Below the pieces are notes generated by a model. It was not told the origin of the DNA, did no database searches, and saw only the letters and a program-made list of their open reading frames with translations. A stretch of 64,000 nucleotides of DNA from an uncultured Gemmatimonadaceae bacterium. GTDB taxonomy: Bacteria; Gemmatimonadota; Gemmatimonadetes; Gemmatimonadales; Gemmatimonadaceae. Position 1 is the first letter of the stretch, and the number at the start of each line of letters is the position of its first letter. Position numbers and translations under genes: made by a program. Below are positions 42,012 to 50,894 of the stretch, in pieces. The DNA lies in assembly GCA_963817955.1 (NCBI GenBank), contig CAWFQK010000004.1:32001-96000 (forward strand). The letters run 5' to 3'.

Positions 42012-42026
42012 AGCGTCGGAGCTCGA

Positions 42027-42092
42027 ATGCCGATTCAGAAGTCCCCTTTAGCAGGAACGCCGTTCCTCGATCACCTCGAGGAACGGCGGTGA
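42027..42092 (+). pseudogene. tatC-derived mini-ORF (MPIQKSPLAGTPFLDHLEERR*)
   Basis: 25/26 nt identical to tatC 54896-54921; GGAG upstream; its TGA overlaps the next ATG. Confidence 0.7.
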
Positions 42093-45082
42093 TGCATTAT
42101 CGACTTGCTCGCCGGGACATGACGCAGTGGCTGGTTGCGACGGGATTCGCCTTGGCGATCGGGAGCAGGGGATCGGCGCAGGTGATCCCGCGGTTGCCGA
42201 CGGGACGCCAGGCGCCGGCTGTACCGCGTGACACAACGAAGGATTCCACGCGTCTGAAGTGGCCAGTTCCGGATTCGGTGACGCAGGCGCTGATGAGCAA
42301 GCCTGGGTACTCGATCACGCGCTATCAGGGCGACACGGCTTTCTTTGACGCCGAGCACCGCGCGCTCGACCTGCTGGCATCGAAAACTCGGCGGGCGGCG
42401 GTCGATCGCGATTCGCAAATCGTCGTCAGCGATAGCGGTATTTATTACACGGAGGCGACCCGGCACATCACCACCGGGGGACACTACGTGCTCAGCAGCC
42501 CAGGGTCCGGGCAGGCCGACATCACGGGTCTTGGCCGCGTTGATTACAGTCTGGCCGCACGGACGGCGCGCATCACGCGTGCGCGTCTTCCAGTCAATCA
42601 GGGCGAGATGTGGTACCTCGACGTCGATCTTGCTTCAGTGGTGCAGGACTCGACGGGCGGCCAGGCCAAAGCGACGGCCTACGTGAAGGGCGGCTCACTC
42701 ACCAGCTGCAGCGACTCGATTCCTGACTACCATTTCGAGTACAAGGAAGCAAAGCGGACCGGGAATACGCTGGTTGCGCGGCCGGCCGTGCTGTACATCA
42801 GGGACGTGCCGGTCATGTGGCTGCCATTCATCTTCAGCGATGCCCACAGCGGCCGGCACAGCGGCATCCTGGCCCCGCAATTCGGCATTGGCGATATCGT
42901 CCGCAATAGTCCCACGTATCGTCGGAATGTCGAACATGTTGGCTACTACTGGGCGCTGAACGACTATATGGATGCCAGCACCTGGCTCGATTGGCGCAGC
43001 TCAGCGGGCGCGACGCAGGGCGATCCGGGATGGCTGCGCTACAACGGTGATTGGGATTACCGCTGGCTCGATCGCTTTTTGAGCGGCCGGATCGGCGCCA
43101 ACTATACGCAGCAGCGTGACGGGTTGACGAACCTGGCGTTGAGTTGGTCGCACCAGCAGGACTTCTCGCACGACAGCCACCTCACGACGAATTTCAACTA
43201 CGTCACCAGTACCACGCTGCAGCACCAGAACACGTTCAATCCCTATTCGGCCCTGGCAACGATCTCGTCGCAAGCGAACTATCAGACGAAGCTCGGGCCC
43301 GCGTCGCTCTCGCTCGGCGCGACGCAGAAGCAGTATCCCTCACGCCAGCAGGTGGACCGCACGTTTCCAACGGTCCAACTGACGTCCACGGCCATCGGCA
43401 TTGGCCAGTGGCTGTCGTGGACACCGTCCTTCAGCTTCAGCCGCAGTGACGTGCTGCACATGGATCAGCCGGGACCGGGCGCATTCCTGTTCTCCGTGGA
43501 TCCTACGACGGGGCTTCGTGACAGCACGCTGTCGAAGACGCGCGGGTCCTCGCAGGATGCGATCACGTTCGACACGCCGCTCCAGATATTCGGCTACACG
43601 CTGCGGAATTCGTTCCGCGTGAACCAGCAGCGGTATGACTATGCGCAGCTAACCGATATCTACGACGTGGAAACAGGGGCAATCACCCAGCGAGTGTTTG
43701 CCGCGACGTACCGCACTGACGTCGACTGGACGCCCGACTTCCAGCTCCCCGCGATCGCACGCAACAAATTCAATCTCACACCGAGCTTGAGCTTTCAGAA
43801 TGTCGATCCAGGCTCGTTCTGGGTCGCGACGGAGCGGAGCAACGGCCAGTACGTGCACCAAAGCAAGCGATTTACCGCCGGCCTGGCGGCATCGCCGACG
43901 CTGTTCGGATTCTTCCCGGGGTTCGGGCCGTTCGCGCGCATTCGCCATTCGATCACGCCATCGTTTGGCTATTCGTATGCGCCGAAGACCGACGTCAGCG
44001 ACGAGTACTTGTCGGCCATCGGCGGAACGCGAAAAGGCTACGTCGGCAATCTGCGGCAGAACGCGCTGACTCTTGGGCTGACGCAGAACTTCGAGGCGAA
44101 ATTGCGGGCGCGGGCCGGGGCCGACACGGGAGCCAATGCTCGCAGCGAGACGATTCGCCTGCTCAGCATCAATATGACGTCGCTCACATACGATTTCGAG
44201 CGCGCGGCCAACGCGCGGCTCACGCAAGGGCGCGCGGGGTGGGCCGGACTCACGTCGGAGACGTGGGGTTACTCCGTGAGCTCCGAACTGCTGCCGGGCT
44301 TCGACTTCTCGAGCAATTATTCGCTCTTTCAGGGCAATCCTATCAGCGATACGGCCAAGTTCAAGCCGTTCCTGACGAGCGTATCGGCCTCGTTCAACAT
44401 CAGCCAGCACGAGAACCCTCTCACGGTCCTGTCGCGCCTGTTCGGTCGCGCGGTGCCGCAGGCGCAGGTCTCGCCGACGCCGAGCACGGAAACGGTCCGT
44501 CCGCAGACGGACGCCGGTGAGGTCGCAGCGCTAGCCGCGCAACCCGTCGCCGGCAGCGCGCGTAGCGGCGACAGGTTCCTTCTGCCATCGTCTACGGGAT
44601 GGCGCGCGTCGTTCACGTTCAGCCGTTCGAGCCCCCGTCCGCCCGTTGGCCCCAACGTGATCGAGTATGACCCGACGATCCGCTGCCAGCAGATTGCCGC
44701 CGGCAATCCGTTCCTGCTCGATGCCTGCCTTGCGAACGTACGCGCACAGCCGACGATCGATACGCCGATCACATCGCCGACCGGCGGCAGTCCGGTGTAC
44801 CATATTCCACCCACGACTTCGCTGAATGGCAACATCAATTTCAGCCTCACGCCAAGTTGGACGGCATCGTGGCAGACGACGTACGACTTTGAGCGGCGTC
44901 AGTTTGCCAGCCACATCGTGTCGTTGCAGCGGGAGTTGCACGATTGGCGTGCGATTTTTGGATTCACGCAATCACCTAACGGCAACTTTGCATTCAACTT
45001 CCGCATCGCGCTGAAGGCGGAGCCGGATCTCAAGTTCGATTACAACCGTGCCACCGTGCGATCGGGCGTGGCACCGTTCTAA
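42092..45082 (+). CDS. Putative LPS-assembly outer membrane protein, LptD-like
   Basis: About 1000 aa; TSC...PDYHF, ARPAVLYI..VPVMWLPF, SGILAP; amphipathic beta strands. Confidence 0.75.
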   Translation: MHYRLARRDMTQWLVATGFALAIGSRGSAQVIPRLPTGRQAPAVPRDTTKDSTRLKWPVPDSVTQALMSKPGYSITRYQGDTAFFDAEHRALDLLASKTRRAAVDRDSQIVVSDSGIYYTEATRHITTGGHYVLSSPGSGQADITGLGRVDYSLAARTARITRARLPVNQGEMWYLDVDLASVVQDSTGGQAKATAYVKGGSLTSCSDSIPDYHFEYKEAKRTGNTLVARPAVLYIRDVPVMWLPFIFSDAHSGRHSGILAPQFGIGDIVRNSPTYRRNVEHVGYYWALNDYMDASTWLDWRSSAGATQGDPGWLRYNGDWDYRWLDRFLSGRIGANYTQQRDGLTNLALSWSHQQDFSHDSHLTTNFNYVTSTTLQHQNTFNPYSALATISSQANYQTKLGPASLSLGATQKQYPSRQQVDRTFPTVQLTSTAIGIGQWLSWTPSFSFSRSDVLHMDQPGPGAFLFSVDPTTGLRDSTLSKTRGSSQDAITFDTPLQIFGYTLRNSFRVNQQRYDYAQLTDIYDVETGAITQRVFAATYRTDVDWTPDFQLPAIARNKFNLTPSLSFQNVDPGSFWVATERSNGQYVHQSKRFTAGLAASPTLFGFFPGFGPFARIRHSITPSFGYSYAPKTDVSDEYLSAIGGTRKGYVGNLRQNALTLGLTQNFEAKLRARAGADTGANARSETIRLLSINMTSLTYDFERAANARLTQGRAGWAGLTSETWGYSVSSELLPGFDFSSNYSLFQGNPISDTAKFKPFLTSVSASFNISQHENPLTVLSRLFGRAVPQAQVSPTPSTETVRPQTDAGEVAALAAQPVAGSARSGDRFLLPSSTGWRASFTFSRSSPRPPVGPNVIEYDPTIRCQQIAAGNPFLLDACLANVRAQPTIDTPITSPTGGSPVYHIPPTTSLNGNINFSLTPSWTASWQTTYDFERRQFASHIVSLQRELHDWRAIFGFTQSPNGNFAFNFRIALKAEPDLKFDYNRATVRSGVAPF

Positions 45083-45103
45083 CGACCTTCGCGAAGGTTC
45101 GGT

Positions 45104-45178
45104 GACACGGGATTGGGACACGGGACACGGGTGTGGGACACTCACAACGCACAACTCGCAACTGGAAACTCCAAACTC
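45104..45178. repeat. Heptamer tandem-repeat tract
   Basis: GACACGG x3 with 6-nt variants, then GACACTC ACAACGC ACAACTC GCAACTG GAAACTC CAAACTC. Confidence 0.65.
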
Positions 45179-45357
45179 GCCGACCGGTGGGCCGACCGCG
45201 ACGGAGCCGCCAGCGACATCCAGCCTGCGGTGCGCCTGGAAGGTGGTCCGGGAGCAGCCGGTCAACGACCCGGAGCCCCATCCCCGCCGCGCAGCCCGAC
45301 GAAAGTGGCCTATCACGCGCTCCTTGAATAACGGGCGTGGCGGGTCGAACTTTCGCC

Positions 45358-46882
45358 ATGCTCAAACAAGTCATCATCGACGGAAATTCCCTCACGCTGG
45401 AGCAGGTAGCGGCGGTGGCGCGCGAGCGCACGCCGGTTTCACTTGCTCCGCAGGCGCGTCTTCGCATCGGCATCACGCGTGCAGTGGTCGAAGACCTGGT
45501 CAGAAACCGGGCGGTGGCCTATGGCGTGACCACCGGATTCGGCAAGCTCTCGGAAATAGCGATCCCGCCTGACCGGCTCGCCGAACTGCAGGTGAACCTG
45601 GTGCGTAGCCACGCCGCGGGCGTCGGCGCGCTGCTGCCGGAACGAGAGGTGCGCGCCATGATGCTGCTGCGCGCCAACGTGATCAGCAAGGGCCACTCGG
45701 GCGCGCGCGCCGATCTAGCCGAGTTGCTCATCGGTATGCTGAACGCCGGGCTGTATCCGCCAGTGCCGGAACAGGGTAGCGTTGGTGCGAGCGGAGACCT
45801 GGCGCCGTTGGCGCATCTCGCACTGTCGTTGATCGGTGAAGGCATCCTGAATTGCGGTGACCAGAGCGGCCCGGCCGCTGAGATGCTTCGCGGTGCCGGC
45901 CTCGCGCCGCTGATACTCGCGTCAAAGGAAGGACTGACGCTGATCAATGGAACGCAGGCGCATACGGCGATCGGCGCGCTGGCGCTTGTCGATGCGCACC
46001 GGCTCTGGCGCGTGGCGCACGTTGCCGGAGCCATGTCCCTCGAGGCGCTTCTCGGCACCCCGGTGGCGTTCGACGCGCGCATTCAGGACGTGCGCGGACA
46101 GATCGGGCAGGCCGCTTCGGCCGCGCTACCTCCGCGAGCTACTGGCCGACAGCGAAATCCGCGAGTCGCATCGGACGAACGACCCGCGCGTGCAAGACGC
46201 CTACGCGCTGCGCTGTATGCCACAGGTTCACGGTCCCGTCCTCGACGCGATCGAATTCGCCGCCGGCGTGATCGGGCGTGAGTTGAACGCGGCGACCGAC
46301 AATCCGCTCGTGTTCGAGAGCGGGGATCTGCTGAGCGGCGGCAATTTCCACGGCCAGTCGGTGGCCATGGCGCTCGATTTTCTCGCCATCGCGCTCACCA
46401 ACCTCGCCACGATCTCCGAGCGGCGCATCGACCGGTTGGTGCACCCGGATCTCAATCAGGGGCTCCCGCCGTTCCTCACGCGAGACGCTGGCGTGAATTC
46501 CGGATTCATGATGGCGCAGGTGACCGCGGCTTCCATCACGAGCGAATGCAAGGTGCTCGCGCATCCGGCGAGCGTGGACACCATTCCGACCGATGGCAAC
46601 AAGGAGGACGTGGTGCCGATGGCGATGGCGGCTGCCTGGAAGCTGCGCCGCGTGGTCAGCAACGTGCGGTATGTCCTGGCCATCGAGTTGATGTGCGCCG
46701 CGCAGGGTCTCGATTTCCGTGCACCACTCCGGTCGGGTCGCGGTGTGATGCATGCCCACGCGGCCGTACGCCGTCGCGTCGCGCCACTCGAGAACGATCG
46801 CGTGCTCTCGGGCGATATCGAAGCGCTCGCCCTCGCGATCCAGAATGATGAAATCATTTCACGCATGACGGCCGACGTATGA
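45358..46882 (+). CDS. hutH: Histidine ammonia-lyase (one indel near 46125)
   Basis: [20 protein letters not shown] (MIO), [23 protein letters not shown]. Confidence 0.95.
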
Positions 46883-48577
46883 ATGCCTCATCACTGACCG
46901 AAAGCGCTCCGCCCGCCTTGCATGGCGCGCGGGTGGTTCGCGCACCGCGGGGAACGCAGATCTCCTGCAAGGGATGGCAGCAGGAAGGGGCGCTGCGCAT
47001 GCTGATGAACAATCTCGATCCCGACGTCGCGGAGCGGCCGGATGATCTCGTCGTCTACGGCGGCACGGGCCGCGCGGCGCGCAGTTGGGAGGCGTTCGAT
47101 GCCATCGTCGCGTCGTTGCGCCGACTCGAGAACGATGAAACGCTGTTGATTCAGAGCGGCAAACCCGTGGGTGTCTTTCGCACGCACTCGTCGGCGCCGC
47201 GGGTGCTGTTGGCGAACAGCAACCTCGTGGGACGTTGGGCGAACGTGGGATTACTTTCGCGAGCTCGAGCGCGCTGGCCTGATCATGTATGGCCAAATGA
47301 CGGCGGGTTCCTGGATCTACATCGGTTCGCAAGGCATTCTCCAAGGCACGTACGAGACGTTCGGCGCCGTCGCGCGACGTCACTTCGGCGCCAGCCTCGC
47401 AGGCCGGTTCGTACTGACCGCCGGGCTTGGTGGAATGGGTGGTGCGCAGCCGCTGGCGGCGACGATGAATGGCGCCGCCATACTCGGCATCGATGTCGAT
47501 GAAGCGCGTATCGACAAGCGTCTCGAGACAGGCTACTGCGACCGGAAGACGCACGATCTGGATGAGGCGCTCGCCTGGATTCGCGAAGCAACCGACGCCA
47601 AGCGCGCACTATCTGTCGGTCTCGTTGGGAACGCGGCTGACGTACTACCGGAGTTGGTGCGGCGCGGCGTCACGCCGGATGTACTCACTGACCAGACGAG
47701 CGCCCACGATATGCTGAACGGATACGTGCCGAACGGGCTATCGCTCACCGACGCGGTGTCGCTCCGCCACCGTGATCCGGCGGACTACGTACGCCGGGCC
47801 GACGCGGCCATCGTCGCGCACGTGCAAGCGATGCTCGCCATGCAGCAGCGCGGTGCGATCGCGTTCGACTACGGGAACAACATTCGCACCGTGGCCCTCG
47901 ATCACGGCGTGACGAACGCCTTCGACATTCCGGGCTTCGTCCCGGAGTACGTTCGACCGCTGTTCTGTGAAGGGAAGGGCCCGTTTCGCTGGGTGGCGCT
48001 GTCTGGTGACCCCAAGGATCTGGCGCGCACGGACGACCTCGTGCTGGAGCTCTTCCCGCACGACGAGCACCTCCGCCGTTGGATCACCCTCGCGCGTGAG
48101 CGCGTTCACTTCCAGGGCTTGCCGGCCCGTATTTGCTGGCTCGGTCAGGGCGACCGGGCGCGCTTCGGTGTCGCACTGAACGACCTGGTGGCGAGCGGAG
48201 AGTTGAGCGCGCCGATCGTCATCGGCCGCGATCACCTCGACACGGGGAGCGTCGCGTCGCCCTTCCGTGAAACGGAAGCGATGCGTGACGGCAGCGACGC
48301 CATCGCCGACTGGCCGATCCTCAACGCGCTGCTCAATACCGCGAGCGGCGCTTCGTGGGTTTCGTTTCACCACGGCGGCGGCGTCGGCATTGGCAACTCG
48401 CTGCACGCTGGACAGGTGATCGTCGCCGACGGCACCCCGGAGATGCGCGTCCGCCTCCAACGCGTGCTCACCAACGATCCTGGCATTGGAGTAGCTCGCC
48501 ACGCCGACGCGGGCTATGATATCGCCCTGGAGACGGCAAAGGCCCACGGCATCCAATTGCCCATGAAGCAGGGCTGA
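46879..48577 (+). CDS. hutU: Urocanate hydratase (one indel near 47240)
   Basis: [44 protein letters not shown]. Confidence 0.96.
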
Positions 48578-48578
48578 G

Positions 48579-49550
48579 TTGTTATCCGCCCGTTTCTCGC
48601 CGTGGGACGTCATTCCGTTCTTCCGCAAGTACGTCTGGCTCACTATGACCCGACGGCCTCTGCTCGTGCACTTCGAGGTGACGCTTCGGTGTAACGCGCG
48701 TTGCGGCTTTTGCGACTACTGGAAGACGGATCCTGCCGCGCGCGCCGCGGAGCTGAAGAGCTACGCCGAGGCAGCACGCTACTTCAATCCCATGCTCGTC
48801 ACCTTCACGGGCGGCGAGCCGACGCTGCGCGGCGATCTCGAAGACATCGTCGCTGAAGTCGATCGCGCGATCTCGCGCAAGTTCATCACGCTGATCACGC
48901 ACGGCGCCATGCTCTCGGCCGATCGCGCACGGGCGTTGTGGGATGCGGGAGTCAATCAATTCAACATCTCGCTCGACTATCTGGACGAGCGACACGATGC
49001 CGCGCGCGGAATGCCCGGGCTGACCGCGCGTCTCTTCGCGGCCATTCCGGCCATGCGCGCGCGCGGCATCGACAACATCCGCTTCAATTCCGTCATCAAG
49101 AACGACAACCTCGATCAGATCCTGCCGATCGTGCACCGGGCGCAGGAGCTCGGCGTCGGCGTGAACTTCAGCGTCTATACAGATTTGAAGAACGGCAACC
49201 GCCGCTACCTGCTCGGCGAGGATCAACAGATCCAACTCGAAGCGGTCATCGGAGCGCTGCTCGCGTACAAGCGCCGGCGCCGTGGCGTGATCACCAATTC
49301 GGACCATTACCTGGAACGCATTCCGCGATACATTCGCGGTCAGTTGAGCGAGCCCTGCCGATCGGGGATTCGCACCATTCACCTTGATCCCGCTGGCCAG
49401 GTGAAGCGTTGCCCCGACCTGCCCACCGATTTCCACTGGCGTGACTTCCGGAAATACGAGCCCATGAACTGCAATGCGTGTTACTATGCGTGCCGTGGAG
49501 AAGCCCAGGCGCCGCTGAACCTGTCGCGCATGCGCGACATCATGGCATGA
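48579..49550 (+). CDS. Radical SAM protein with a Cys-rich C-terminal (SPASM/twitch-like) region; start uncertain
   Basis: CNARCGFC, FTGGEP, ISLD; C-terminal C...C...CNACYYAC. Confidence 0.88.
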   Translation: MLSARFSPWDVIPFFRKYVWLTMTRRPLLVHFEVTLRCNARCGFCDYWKTDPAARAAELKSYAEAARYFNPMLVTFTGGEPTLRGDLEDIVAEVDRAISRKFITLITHGAMLSADRARALWDAGVNQFNISLDYLDERHDAARGMPGLTARLFAAIPAMRARGIDNIRFNSVIKNDNLDQILPIVHRAQELGVGVNFSVYTDLKNGNRRYLLGEDQQIQLEAVIGALLAYKRRRRGVITNSDHYLERIPRYIRGQLSEPCRSGIRTIHLDPAGQVKRCPDLPTDFHWRDFRKYEPMNCNACYYACRGEAQAPLNLSRMRDIMA

Positions 49551-50833
49551 GTGCGAACGTGGAGCGCCTCTTGTTCGTCAATGCGTCGCAGGTGGTGACG
49601 TGCGACGGGCCACCGCGTGCACGGCGCGGGACCGAGATGAACGACGCCGTGGTGCGCACGGGCGTCGCCGTGGCCGTCGAGGGACAGCGCGTGGCAGGGG
49701 TGGGCGACCTGGCTGCGCTCCGTGCCGCATTCGCCGATGCCCGCGAGATCGATTGCCGGCGCGGCGTCCTGATGCCGGGACTCGTGGATTCGCACACCCA
49801 CGGCATCTTCGGTCGTCCGCGCTACGATGAACAGGAGATGCGCGCGGCCGGACTTGATTACATGGAGATCGCGCGTCGCGGCGGCGGAATTCATTCGTCG
49901 GTGCGCGACTTGCGCACGTGTTCGGAAGACGAGCTGTTTGCGCTGGCGCTGATCCGCCTCCGCCGGCTCGCATCCTTTGGCACAACGACGGTCGAAGTGA
50001 AGTCCGGCTACGGCCTCAGCCTCGACGATGAGCTCAAGACGCTGCGGGTCATCGCGCGGCTCGCGCGCGAGTTGCCGATGCGCATCGTTCCTACTTTCCT
50101 GGGCGCGCACGAGATTCCGCTCGAGCACCGAGGCAGCGCCGCGAGCCGGCAGCAGTACGTCGATCTGCTCGTCAACGAGATGATTCCCGCCGTGGCGGCG
50201 CAGCGCCTCGCACGCTTCGCCGACGTGTTTTGCGAGACCGGCGTCTACACGGTGGAGGAGAGCCGCGCCATCTTGACTACTGCGCGGGCGAACGGGTTGC
50301 TGCTCAAGCTGCACGCCGACGAGCTCACGTCGTCTGGCGGCGCGGAGCTCGCAGCGTCACTGGGAGCGACCTCCGCCGATCATCTGGCGGCGATTTCAGA
50401 TACCGGCATTTCCGCGCTCGGAGCCGGGGGGACGACCGTAGCGACGCTGCTGCCCGGCACCATGCTCTTTCTCGGCAAGTCCCGGCATGCACCAGCACGC
50501 CGCCTGATTGAAGCCGGGGTTCCAGTCGCTCTGGCCACGGATTTCAATCCGGGGACGTCGCCGACACCGAACCTGCCGCTCGTGCTCACGCTCGGCGTCA
50601 GCCAGCTCCGCTTGTCTGTGGCGGAAACTGTGATTGCGGCAACCGTCAACGGGGCAGCCGCCTTGGCGCTTTCCGGCGAAATCGGTCAGATCGCTCCCGG
50701 CTTTTTCGCGGATCTCGCGCTTTTCGACATCGCCGACGTCCGAGAGCTGCCGTACTGGTACGGCGATAATCGCTGCCTGGCCACGTACGTGAGGGGCAAA
50801 CCTTGTTACACGAGTGACTTAGGGCTAACTTAA
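49547..50833 (+). CDS. hutI: Imidazolonepropionase
   Basis: PGLVDSHTH, GGGI, EVKSGYGL, DVFCE, HADE, ATDFNPG. Confidence 0.95.
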   Translation: MSANVERLLFVNASQVVTCDGPPRARRGTEMNDAVVRTGVAVAVEGQRVAGVGDLAALRAAFADAREIDCRRGVLMPGLVDSHTHGIFGRPRYDEQEMRAAGLDYMEIARRGGGIHSSVRDLRTCSEDELFALALIRLRRLASFGTTTVEVKSGYGLSLDDELKTLRVIARLARELPMRIVPTFLGAHEIPLEHRGSAASRQQYVDLLVNEMIPAVAAQRLARFADVFCETGVYTVEESRAILTTARANGLLLKLHADELTSSGGAELAASLGATSADHLAAISDTGISALGAGGTTVATLLPGTMLFLGKSRHAPARRLIEAGVPVALATDFNPGTSPTPNLPLVLTLGVSQLRLSVAETVIAATVNGAAALALSGEIGQIAPGFFADLALFDIADVRELPYWYGDNRCLATYVRGKPCYTSDLGLT

Positions 50834-50894
50834 CCCTCCCACTTTCCCGGGTCGGGCGGCGCTGTTTTTCCGTCCGGTTTCCCGTCAGGCGCTG

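Noticed and set aside
45104..45178. Repeat tracts (also 58745-58834) as CRISPR arrays
   Set aside because: They are contiguous short tandem units with no unique spacers, and no cas genes are present.
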